Shown here piece after piece: positions 7,384 to 15,565 of a DNA stretch of 32,000 bases. This DNA is from Pyrodictium abyssi (GTDB lineage Archaea > Thermoproteota > Thermoprotei_A > Sulfolobales > Pyrodictiaceae). How positions within the stretch are numbered: position 1 is the first letter of the stretch; each line of letters starts with the position of its first letter. Location: contig NZ_AP028907.1 in the NCBI RefSeq assembly GCF_036323395.1, forward strand, positions 1,440,001 to 1,472,000, written 5' to 3'. A program made the position numbers and the translations under genes. The notes under the pieces were generated by a model. The model was not told where the DNA came from. It did no database searches and worked only from the letters and a program-made list of their open reading frames with translations.

Positions 7384-9486
7384 AACCTTCTCAAAGAATT
7401 CTCGTTCGCTTTTCCTCCTGGACTTCCTCAACAGCTTAGTCACTATGAGCTCGGGGGTGGAGCGGGCTAGGTAGTTGTACCGCGGGCTCCGGTCTACTAT
7501 GAGGTTGTAGTTCTCGTCGAGCCCGCGGGCTTCTATACCGTCTATCCTTACCCGGGCTCTTAGCTCCGGGGGTATAGCCTCAACGACCTCCCCGGCAAGG
7601 TGGCTAACTATTACTGCTACCGAGTCCCGGCTCTCTGCTATCGACGATGCTATAGCGGCTACTATCCGGGCTGCCGCGTGTGCCTCCGTTATTGCCTCTA
7701 GCTCGTCTACTAGCAGTAGTACGCGCTTCCGTTGCGCCTCCTCTACTATCGCTGCTATCTTTTTCAGCGTCTCCTCTAGCCCTCCAGCGTCGAGCATACC
7801 TGTCGGCTTCGAGATAAAGTATACGCGGTCAAAGCCGCCTACCCACGCCCTTGAGGCCAGTACTGGTAGGCCGGCCTGGCCCGCGAGGACTATCTCGCCT
7901 ATAGTCTTCAGCAACGTGGTCTTACCACCACTATTGGCCCCCGTGAGGAGCACAACCCTTTCACAGTTGGTGCCTTCTGGCCTGTAAGGCGTGCAGCCTA
8001 CTACGTAGCTTACCGGCTGGACCTCTACCCCGGCGGCAAGGAGGCCTGCCTCGGCTGCGTCGGTGAACCCGACCCCCGTGAACCCGCGGCTAACCTCAGC
8101 AATGGAGCCGCGTCTTTCCTCTATGAAGCTGCTGGCAGCAAGCGCTATGTCTGTCCAAGCTAGTATCTCGGCCATTGTAGGCAGTAGTTCTACTAGCCGG
8201 CTAAGCCTGCGCGCGTGCTCCCTTGAGAACATGTACACGCTGAGGCTTATTCTACGCTCTAGGTGCTTCCGGAGCCTCTCTATGGGTTCCCTCTGCACCT
8301 CTATAGGGAACTGGGGTCTAGGCTCCACTACGCCGCGTATTAGCTCCCGCTCCTCTGGCCCCAGGCCAAGCATATGGGCAAGCTTCTCCTCGGCCTCGAC
8401 ACTAATCTCCTCAAATATCTCCAGGAGCTCGTCCGGTATATGCAGGTGCCCCTCCTCTAGCGAGTGTATTAGACGCAGGAACTCTGCCGCGCTTAGGCGT
8501 AGCTCTCGCTCCTCGAGACGGCGCCTGGCCTCTTCATTCACCCAGACTTCGAGGTCTGACACAGCGGACTCTAGGCTCTTTACCGCCGTGAGCGCGTGCC
8601 AGTACTCTGGGTCTATGTCGCCTTTTTCGAGCCGTTCTAGCACGCTCTGCGCGTCTCTGGCTAGCCTGGCTATCTCGTCCACAGTAGCCTGCTTAACGCC
8701 TATAGCCTCGGAGACCTCTACCACGAGGCTCCGTGCCACGGTGTAGACCCTGGCGAATGACTCGATGAGCTTCATGTTCTGGCGCAGCGTCTCAAGGACA
8801 GCCTCCGGGGCCACGGTGTACTTGTCGAGCCTATCTATCTCCACTACACCAGGCCTGCCAGCAGCATCAACCATGTACGCTAGCACTATGCCCTGTTCCG
8901 GCACATCGTCTATAGACTCGGCCTCAACGATGGTTATCCCAGATACATCGCTGCCCAGTATTTCCCGGAGCCTGTCCCCCTGGCCACGGGGCACGACGAC
9001 CACGCGCTCCACATGGACTCTAGGCCTTCTAGGCCACTCTACGCGCGAAAGAGCCTCCCTCACCGCAGCCTTCGCATCCCCCGAGACCTTGGACGCTGCC
9101 TCGACTAGTCTCCTGGTTTTTCTCAGCACTCTCTCTATTTCGGCCTCCACCCGTCCAGGCACAGGCGCCAGGGACGAAACCAGGTCCCTGCCAGGCGCCG
9201 ACGCTATGTGGCCAGCTAGTAGGCGGGCAACGGCCTCGAATAGTCTGGCCGCGTCAGCTGTCCCGACAACCTCTCCAGGATCATAGCCTCCCAGCGCCCC
9301 ACGGGCCTGCTGCACGAGCCGAACCGCTCTACGGGTGGAGGAGACGGCCTCGGCTACACTCGCTACTTGGCCGCGTAGCAGTGCTTCTAGAGCTTTCTCT
9401 TCCGAGCCAAAGTACTCTACGAGTTTTTCGTAGATCCGCTCGCCGACGCCTGGTATGTCGCGTAGTCTTAGCCTCTGCCTACCCAT
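7363..9486 (-). CDS. MutS-related ATPase (MutS domain V only) with N-terminal helix-hairpin-helix
   Basis: N-terminus 'LRDIPGVGERIYEKLVEYFGS' (HhH). The C-terminal part has 'LLTGANSGGKTTLLKTIG' (MutS-type Walker A) and 'LLLVDELEAITE' (MutS 'DELGRGT' position). No mismatch-binding domain I is recognisable. Confidence 0.85.
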   Translation of the reverse strand: MGRQRLRLRDIPGVGERIYEKLVEYFGSEEKALEALLRGQVASVAEAVSSTRRAVRLVQQARGALGGYDPGEVVGTADAARLFEAVARLLAGHIASAPGRDLVSSLAPVPGRVEAEIERVLRKTRRLVEAASKVSGDAKAAVREALSRVEWPRRPRVHVERVVVVPRGQGDRLREILGSDVSGITIVEAESIDDVPEQGIVLAYMVDAAGRPGVVEIDRLDKYTVAPEAVLETLRQNMKLIESFARVYTVARSLVVEVSEAIGVKQATVDEIARLARDAQSVLERLEKGDIDPEYWHALTAVKSLESAVSDLEVWVNEEARRRLEERELRLSAAEFLRLIHSLEEGHLHIPDELLEIFEEISVEAEEKLAHMLGLGPEERELIRGVVEPRPQFPIEVQREPIERLRKHLERRISLSVYMFSREHARRLSRLVELLPTMAEILAWTDIALAASSFIEERRGSIAEVSRGFTGVGFTDAAEAGLLAAGVEVQPVSYVVGCTPYRPEGTNCERVVLLTGANSGGKTTLLKTIGEIVLAGQAGLPVLASRAWVGGFDRVYFISKPTGMLDAGGLEETLKKIAAIVEEAQRKRVLLLVDELEAITEAHAAARIVAAIASSIAESRDSVAVIVSHLAGEVVEAIPPELRARVRIDGIEARGLDENYNLIVDRSPRYNYLARSTPELIVTKLLRKSRRKSEREFFEKVLDLLSR

Positions 9487-9564
9487 TGTCTAGCTTCTCC
9501 TCCCCGTGGCTCCCCTACACTGTGCCCCGGCATAGCCGGCTCTAATGATGCTGCCTAGACACCG

Positions 9565-9573
9565 TTTTTATAG
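9565..9573 (+). promoter_or_regulatory. TATA-like box for the 178-aa gene
   Basis: 'tttttatag' lies 34-42 nt upstream of the GTG at 9607 in the divergent gap shared with the MutS-like gene. Confidence 0.4.
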
Positions 9574-9606
9574 CTGGGTAATTCTTGGAGCGGCTGGGTG
9601 AGATAA

Positions 9607-10143
9607 GTGGCCGTGCTTGAGCGCCTAGAAGAAGTTGCCAGGAGTCTAGAGGCAATTGCTAACCGGATAAGGGAGAGCGTCGGGCCTGCCGAGAGCCTTG
9701 CAGAGAGCCGAGCCAACACCGCTATATACTCCATATCCGAGGCCATAGAGGAGATCTCCATGTCGCTGCGCAGGCTAAAGTGTATAGCTGAGGCCAAGGG
9801 AACCGAGGGCAACGTGCTATCGATATGCACTACATGGCGGGTATTTGAGCAGGATGGCGGCCTAGTAGCTGTTAGGGTGAAGCCTGAGACCGTAATATCG
9901 TTCCGCGAGGGCAAGCTAGTGTTCCACCGCGGAAACGTGCGCATGGAGGTCGAGGGCCGCAGAGTCAAGCTATGCAAGCTACACTACTGCAAGGAGGTAG
10001 ACCCTACAAACCGGAAGCAGGTTATCGAGGAGCTGCCGCAGATATTCTACCTGCTAAGAGGGGTATCAAACAACGTACGCAAGACGCTGGATAGCACCAA
10101 TGTCTGTGCCCGGAGGGAGGCACCAGCCTGCACCAGGATCTAG
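9607..10143 (+). CDS. Hypothetical protein (178 aa), N-terminal helical half and C-terminal Cys-containing half
   Basis: Balanced, coiled-coil-like N-terminus (MAVLERLEEVARSLEAIANRIRES...). The overlapping minus ORF 9555..9977 is Ser/Thr/Leu/Arg-rich shadow. No family recognised. Confidence 0.55.
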   Translation: MAVLERLEEVARSLEAIANRIRESVGPAESLAESRANTAIYSISEAIEEISMSLRRLKCIAEAKGTEGNVLSICTTWRVFEQDGGLVAVRVKPETVISFREGKLVFHRGNVRMEVEGRRVKLCKLHYCKEVDPTNRKQVIEELPQIFYLLRGVSNNVRKTLDSTNVCARREAPACTRI

Positions 10144-10370
10144 CCCCGGTAGAGGGCTGGATTGCACGTACAAAGCACGTAATAGGGTTCGTAAAGGGCT
10201 GTTTCCACCCACTCCCCCTACTCTTCTTCACGCCACGCGTTACTCATGGCCAGAAGAGCTGGAGTCCTGGGCTCGCTTCACTGCCACGCGACGACTCTAT
10301 CATTGTACGCAGCGAGTCCTGCCTTGGCGGTAGAGCCGCTGCTCTGCTCATACCTGGTAGAGCCGAGCTC

Positions 10371-11039
10371 GTGTCGCCCCTAGCTATCGTGTCCAGGCTC
10401 CGTGCATGCGATAGAACTCTATGCCGGAAAGCAAGGGATCTCGTAGACGCTATCATGGGGTATACCGACCTTGTTGGTGTAACAGGCGGGCTAGCCTATA
10501 ACCCCTACAAAGCCAGCGACATAGACATAGTTGTTTACGGGTCCCGCGTTGACCGAGTATACCAGCTACTTGTCGAGCTACGTAGAGAAGGCGTTACGGC
10601 TCCCTACCGTGGTGCCGGCCACGGCTGGAGTAGTAGCGACATAGAGCTCAACACAGCTCTCAACAAAGAGCGAGTACTCATAGGATACATTGATGGCTTT
10701 GAGTATAACGTCAAGCTTGTCCCATGCACGAAGCCGGCGCCGTGCATACCCTTTAGGACGGTCAAGGCTGGGGTTAAAGCGAGGGGCGTCGTGAAGCGTG
10801 TTTCGCCGTACACCGTGCCGGCCGTATACAGGCTGGAACTCTACAAGCCACTCACGCTCGGCACGAAGAGTTATACCTGGGTATACCTGTTTAGCTATCG
10901 TCTCCGTTACACTGAGATACCCGAAGGCATGGCAGTGGAGGCTAAAGGTGTACTTGAAGAGTTCGAGGGCCTTGTAAGACTAGTGCCGGATCATTCTGGC
11001 TACGTAAAGCCCTTGTACCGCCCCTCGTCTAGCCAGTAA
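10371..11039 (+). CDS. Pol-beta-superfamily nucleotidyltransferase domain protein with a beta-rich (OB-like?) C-terminal half
   Basis: NTase signature G[GS]-x(9-13)-D.D as 'GVTGGLAYNPYKASDIDIVVYG', preceded by a helix. The start is GTG 10371 (alternative ATG 10455). Calling the C-terminal half OB-like is only an impression. Confidence 0.55.
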   Translation: MSPLAIVSRLRACDRTLCRKARDLVDAIMGYTDLVGVTGGLAYNPYKASDIDIVVYGSRVDRVYQLLVELRREGVTAPYRGAGHGWSSSDIELNTALNKERVLIGYIDGFEYNVKLVPCTKPAPCIPFRTVKAGVKARGVVKRVSPYTVPAVYRLELYKPLTLGTKSYTWVYLFSYRLRYTEIPEGMAVEAKGVLEEFEGLVRLVPDHSGYVKPLYRPSSSQ

Positions 11040-11086
11040 GCCGGCGCGCAGCCGTCATAATACCTGCCGCGACACACTGGTTCTAG

Positions 11087-12118
11087 GTGTCTAGTGCCGT
11101 GAGGCCACGCATATTCGTGACTAGGAGGCTTCCGGGCCCATGCTTTGAGAAGCTACTAGAGGAGTTTGACGCCGAGGTATGGCCAGAGTGGCAACACCCA
11201 CCATACGAGGTCTTGCTCGAAAAGGCTAGAGAAGTAGACGGTATAGTATCCCTGCTAAGCGACAGGATAGACTGCAGACTCCTCACAGAGGGGGCTAAGG
11301 GCAACCTTCGCATAGTCTCGCAGTACGCCGTAGGCTACGACAACATAGACGTGGAGTGCGCCACACGCAACGGCATATACGTCACCAATACGCCAAGCGT
11401 CCTCACAGAGGCTACAGCCGAGCTTACGTGGGCTTTGATACTGGCTACTGCTAGGAGAATAGTCGAGGCCGACGCCTACGTTAGGAGCGGCGAATGGTAC
11501 CGTAGCGGTACTGGCTGGCACCCAGAACTACTCCTCGGCATGGAGCTGGAGGGCAAGGTCCTCGGAATCATAGGGTTTGGCAGGATAGGCCGTGCCGTGG
11601 CACGTATCGGCGCCAAAGGGTTCGGGATGAAGGTGCTCTACTATAGTAGGCGCCGCGCCCCCGAGGAGGTGGAGAAGGAGCTAAACGCTACATACGTCCC
11701 GCTAGACACGCTACTACGCGAGTCAGACATAGTGAGTATACATACACCCCTAACCCCGGAGACTAGGTACATGATAGGCGAGCGAGAACTACGCCTAATG
11801 AAGCCCACCGCCATCCTAGTGAACACTGCGAGAGGCGCCGTAGTAGACACTAACGCGTTGGTGAAAGCGCTAAAGGAGGGATGGATAGCCGGCGCGGGGC
11901 TCGATGTCTTCGAGCAAGAGCCTCTACCGCCAGACCATCCTCTCACCAAGCTGCCTAACGTGGTGCTAGCACCCCACATAGGGAGCGCCACAAAGGAGAC
12001 TAGAGAGAGAATGACATGTGCTGTTCTAGAGAACCTGCTAGCATTCAAGAAGGGAGAAGTACCGCCGAACCTAGTGAACCCCGAGGTCGTGGAAAAACGC
12101 AGGCCCGGTTTCAGCTAG
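11087..12118 (+). CDS. D-isomer-specific 2-hydroxyacid dehydrogenase (glyoxylate/hydroxypyruvate reductase type)
   Basis: NAD fold 'GIIGFGRIGRAVA', 'NTARGAVVD', catalytic 'APHIGSATKETR'. GTG start. Confidence 0.85.
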   Translation: MSSAVRPRIFVTRRLPGPCFEKLLEEFDAEVWPEWQHPPYEVLLEKAREVDGIVSLLSDRIDCRLLTEGAKGNLRIVSQYAVGYDNIDVECATRNGIYVTNTPSVLTEATAELTWALILATARRIVEADAYVRSGEWYRSGTGWHPELLLGMELEGKVLGIIGFGRIGRAVARIGAKGFGMKVLYYSRRRAPEEVEKELNATYVPLDTLLRESDIVSIHTPLTPETRYMIGERELRLMKPTAILVNTARGAVVDTNALVKALKEGWIAGAGLDVFEQEPLPPDHPLTKLPNVVLAPHIGSATKETRERMTCAVLENLLAFKKGEVPPNLVNPEVVEKRRPGFS

Positions 12119-12195
12119 CCACGGCCCCATGCACCATGGCAGGCACCGGGTAACTGCTAGTACTGGCTACCTTCTTCCCCAGGACCGCTCTAGCG

Positions 12196-13464
12196 TTAGA
12201 GGAGGCCGCGAAGCTGCATAGCCTCGACAACACGCTTGACTGCTAGGGAGTATGCAGCGTCTCTCATACTGTGTTTTCCTGGCTCGAGCTCGCTGTGCCA
12301 GAACTCCCAGACAGCTAGCGTGCTTCTAACCATCTTCTCCTCTAGCCTGCGGCGGGCCTCCTCTTCGCTTATCCACCCGCCGATGCGGTTATCCACCCAC
12401 TCTATATGACTCATTATAACTCCGCCCGCGTTAGCGAGTATATCCGGTACTATCACGACACCTCTCTGTGAGAGATACTCGTCAGCAGCAGCAGTCACTG
12501 GACCGTTCGCACCCTCAACGATGAGCTTCGCCTTTATCCTTGGAGCATTCTCCTCTGTTATTACGTCCTCTATCGCTGCTGGTATTAGTATGTCCACATC
12601 CAGCTCCAGCAGCTCCTCGTTAGTAATCCGCTTCTCTGCCTTCTCGTAGTTTATGACGGACCCAGTCTTGCTCTTTACCTGTTTCACCTCGTCGGGGTTG
12701 AGGCCCTTTGAGCTGTATATGCCTCCGCGGCTGTCGCTGACTGCTACTACCGTAGCGCCCATCTCGTGGAGGAACTTGGCGGCGTAGTAGCCTACGTTTC
12801 CATATCCCTGTATTGCTACCGTTCTCCCCTCTATTCCTCCCCACATTTTCTTCGCAGTTTCTCTTGCTGCTATTGCTACGCCAAAGCCTGTAGCTATTAT
12901 CCTAGTCTCAAAGCCTCCTAGGAGCTTAGGCTTTCCTGTTATAACTCCGAGCTTGTTCTCACCCGTTAGCCTGTAGTACTCGTCCATCATCCATGCCATT
13001 ATCTGCGGGTTTGTGTAGACATCTGGAGCAGGTATATCCGCGTCAGGGCCAATGTACTTGTATATGCCCCGTATGTAGCCGCGGGAGAGTTCCTCTAGCT
13101 CTCTCTTCGAAAGCGCATGCGGATCAACTTTGACGCCGCCCTTGCCTCCGCCGTAAGGTAGTTCCGCTAGAGCGTTCTTCCACGTCATCATCATGCTAAG
13201 GGCTATTACCTCCTCCATGGTCACGGCGGGGTGGAAGCGTATACCACCCTTGTAGGGGCCTAGAGCACTGTTGTGCTGACTCCTCCAGCCAATGAACACT
13301 TTAACGCGGCCATCATCCATACGTACAGGGATCTTAACCTGTATTACGCGCTCCGGGAACCTAAGTGCGTTGTAAACGTCTTCACTGTATCCGAGAAGCT
13401 CTACCGCACGACGGAGAATCTTCTCAGCCTCAACTAGGAGGCGCCGGGAATCGGTAAAGGACAT
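12196..13464 (-). CDS. gdhA: Glutamate dehydrogenase
   Basis: '[11 protein letters not shown]', '[13 protein letters not shown]', dinucleotide fold '[14 protein letters not shown]'. 422 aa. Confidence 0.95.
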   Translation of the reverse strand: MSFTDSRRLLVEAEKILRRAVELLGYSEDVYNALRFPERVIQVKIPVRMDDGRVKVFIGWRSQHNSALGPYKGGIRFHPAVTMEEVIALSMMMTWKNALAELPYGGGKGGVKVDPHALSKRELEELSRGYIRGIYKYIGPDADIPAPDVYTNPQIMAWMMDEYYRLTGENKLGVITGKPKLLGGFETRIIATGFGVAIAARETAKKMWGGIEGRTVAIQGYGNVGYYAAKFLHEMGATVVAVSDSRGGIYSSKGLNPDEVKQVKSKTGSVINYEKAEKRITNEELLELDVDILIPAAIEDVITEENAPRIKAKLIVEGANGPVTAAADEYLSQRGVVIVPDILANAGGVIMSHIEWVDNRIGGWISEEEARRRLEEKMVRSTLAVWEFWHSELEPGKHSMRDAAYSLAVKRVVEAMQLRGLL

Positions 13465-13565
13465 ACCAGACAGACCTCCTCCAATAATGTATAGCTTGAG
13501 GAGCTAGGATTTAACACATCCGTTTAAGTCGACTAGTGGTACTGCGGAGGGTCCAATTCAGCAGC

Positions 13566-14033
13566 ATGGTGCGTGCCGCTTTGGAGGAGAGGAAGAGGCA
13601 GAACTACATGACTGAGGGGACAATAGTCATTATAGACCTAGACCGGTTTGGCGAAGTCGTAGAAGAGAGGGGATGGAGCGAGTATAGCCCTAATCCGGCT
13701 ACAGGGTTGCTGACCAGTCTAGTAGAGATGTTTGTTAGAAAGTGGCAAGGCGTTGTCATCTATGGTCTTGACGAGGCCCGCGGGACGGAGGAAGTAGTTA
13801 TAGAGATACCTCTTGTCGAACCCGAGGAGCTGAGACAAGACCTCGAATCCATAAAGCAAGAGCTGAATAGCCTAGGAGTAGGCGTGACCATAGTAGCTGT
13901 TAAGGGCTATGTGCTTGGAAGGCCTGCCAGCGATAGAAGGGAGGCGTATACAGCTACACCATTTAGGCGCTATGCCCTCTCTATACTGAGGAGGACCAAG
14001 CGACGCGGAGGCAACCAAGTAGTAATTGCGTAG
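13566..14033 (+). CDS. Stand-alone minimal palm-domain protein (GGDEF / Cas10-palm-like nucleotide cyclase fold)
   Basis: 'GTIVIIDLDRFGEVVEERGW' resembles the GGDEF 'iDiDhFK.iND..GH' strand-helix. 'VVIYGLDEARGTEEVVIEIP' sits where the GGDEF hairpin would be (GLDEA for GGDEF). A helix and 'VGVTIVAVKG' follow. The start is ATG 13566 (alternatives GTG 13536, ATG 13608). TATA-like 'tttaaca'/'gtttaag' lies at ~13511-13530. Confidence 0.55.
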   Translation: MVRAALEERKRQNYMTEGTIVIIDLDRFGEVVEERGWSEYSPNPATGLLTSLVEMFVRKWQGVVIYGLDEARGTEEVVIEIPLVEPEELRQDLESIKQELNSLGVGVTIVAVKGYVLGRPASDRREAYTATPFRRYALSILRRTKRRGGNQVVIA

Positions 14034-14089
14034 GACTACGTGCACAGCCAAAAACGCTTAGGGACACAGAGCTGTTACCAAGGGGCCAT

Positions 14090-15217
14090 CTACACCTCCT
14101 CCATAGTGGTCGTCATACCAGTTACCGAGCTCGGCGTGCGTTCTATAGATCTTATCTCTACTAGCGATTCTCTTGGCTGTACGCTATGCATTGTAGTCTC
14201 TAGCAGCATTGCAAGCTTAGCTTCAAGCTCATCTGGCGGCAGCTTGCTTAACGCCTTGGCGGCCTCGTACAGCTTTGTGAAGGGCCTACTTGTCCCCTTG
14301 TACGTTGCCCCATTACTCGCAACTTCTAGCAGTATCCACGCGTTAAAGAGTGCACGCGCTTCAAAGCTGGAGACTAGACTCTCATGCGTTATGTTAAGAA
14401 GATCTGCAGCTTTGCTTACGAACTTCCGGTAAGTGTCTATCTCGTCTTCACGCAGTGTTGCAGGGCCGAAGCGTACTTTCTGCCCACTTATATGGCGCTC
14501 ACCGAGCCCCGGGACAATTATCTTGCCAAAGGCCGCCTTATGGCGCCACGTCTGTGTATCACCACTATCTACTCCGATTATCCGGAGTAGTGGAATAACG
14601 GCTGCAGAGGCAAGTCCGAGAGCGTGTAGCTTTCCCCGCCATAGCTTCCGCAAGAGTGTGAGGAATATCACTGCCTTGAGCCTTGAACTCTTCCCCGACC
14701 TCTGCATGAAGTGTGGTATAAGGCCTCCCGCTGCAGCTATATAGGTATGTGGCTCATAGCTACGGAGCTGTAGTCTTAGGGACTCTCCTACCGCCATATG
14801 GAATACTGGAATAAGCCTGCCCTCTTCAACCAGGCTTCTTAGCGTATTTTTGAGCGACATAAAGCTTGATATCGTTCTAGCTATCTTCCTCGCACGCGTA
14901 CTACTGTCGTCTAGAGGACCCGGGGGATAGTCTAGGCTTATATAGTAGTCCGCATCCACCTCCTTGTAGACTTTGGCTATTTTATAGGTCCCCGGGTCGA
15001 TGCCGCGCTTAAGAAACTGATAGCCGCCACTGTCTATCCAGAGCTCTATGTCGTCATCTATACCGAGGAGCTTACGTAGGCCTCTCCCGCGTACCCGGCT
15101 AAGCCCTATCCTCAGTATGTCGTATGCGTTCACCATTATTCCGGATACTGGGAGGATGGACCAGGGATGAGGAACCGCGTTTATAGGCGTTCCCAGAATC
15201 AGCTTGAATCCGCCCAT
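14090..15217 (-). CDS. tRNA-guanine-transglycosylase (TGT) superfamily paralog, Zn-site-less, DpdA-like
   Basis: 'LWIDSGGYQFLKRG' matches the Tgt 'DSGGFQ' Asp motif. 'LHALGLASAAV' matches 'YLMGVGTP'. 'GVDSGDTQTWRHKAAFGKI' matches 'FDCV.PTR.AR.G' (second catalytic Asp). There is not one Cys in 375 aa, so the CxCxxC..H zinc site is absent. No PUA-like C-terminus. Confidence 0.75.
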   Translation of the reverse strand: MGGFKLILGTPINAVPHPWSILPVSGIMVNAYDILRIGLSRVRGRGLRKLLGIDDDIELWIDSGGYQFLKRGIDPGTYKIAKVYKEVDADYYISLDYPPGPLDDSSTRARKIARTISSFMSLKNTLRSLVEEGRLIPVFHMAVGESLRLQLRSYEPHTYIAAAGGLIPHFMQRSGKSSRLKAVIFLTLLRKLWRGKLHALGLASAAVIPLLRIIGVDSGDTQTWRHKAAFGKIIVPGLGERHISGQKVRFGPATLREDEIDTYRKFVSKAADLLNITHESLVSSFEARALFNAWILLEVASNGATYKGTSRPFTKLYEAAKALSKLPPDELEAKLAMLLETTMHSVQPRESLVEIRSIERTPSSVTGMTTTMEEV

Positions 15218-15235
15218 TGTAACACGCCAAGTATT

Positions 15236-15273
15236 AGGTATTATCGGTCACAATGATGGACTAAAGGTATTAT
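15236..15273 (-). promoter_or_regulatory. Two direct copies of ATAATACCT (minus-strand reading) upstream of the TGT-like gene; the proximal copy is the likely TATA box
   Basis: Plus-strand 'aggtattat' occurs at 15236-15244 and 15265-15273. The proximal copy is centred ~23 nt upstream of the ATG at 15217, which suits a leaderless or near-leaderless mRNA. Confidence 0.45.
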
Positions 15274-15350
15274 CCAGAGGAAGGACCATTACTATAATAA
15301 ACCTGGGTTAAAGGGCATAACTATAAGACTCCATTCAGAGCGCTTAAGCT

Positions 15351-15429
15351 AGGGGATGAAGAGGCTCGAAAGGGCAGAGCCCGGCGACACCGCCGGGACA
15401 CGGTGAAGAGCCGCGCAGCACAGACCCCT
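15351..15429 (+). ncRNA. Candidate structured small RNA (three nested helices), class unresolved
   Basis: Nested exact pairings: AGGGG 15351-55 with CCCCT 15425-29; GGCTC 15363-67 with GAGCC 15408-12; CCCGGCG 15380-86 with CGCCGGG 15391-97 (loop ACAC). TATA-like 'actataataaa' and 'aactataag' lie 25-60 nt upstream on the plus strand. 'ACA' occurs at 15420-22 and 15434-36. The strand is not certain. Confidence 0.35.
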
Positions 15430-15565
15430 GCCTACAGAGTCTAGCCTAAGGAACAGACGGTACTAGTGGTAAGCATGCAACCTAGAGAACAGAGATTACA
15501 CACCAAAGTGACTATCTCATATACGAGATATAATACTTCTGTACCACGGCATAACTTGCACAGGG

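Noticed and set aside
8063-9286. Long plus-strand ORFs (227 aa and 173 aa) opposite the MutS-like gene
   Set aside because: Extreme Ser/Thr/Leu/Arg bias and no motifs. The minus frame carries the HhH and MutS ATPase motifs.
10022-10456. Three overlapping 69-77 aa ORFs in the gap between the 178-aa gene and the NTase gene; also tRNA-like 'GCTC...GGTAGAGC' at ~10330-10365
   Set aside because: The ORFs are Arg/Pro/Ser-rich and mutually overlapping. The tRNA-like D-arm has no matching acceptor, anticodon or T arms.
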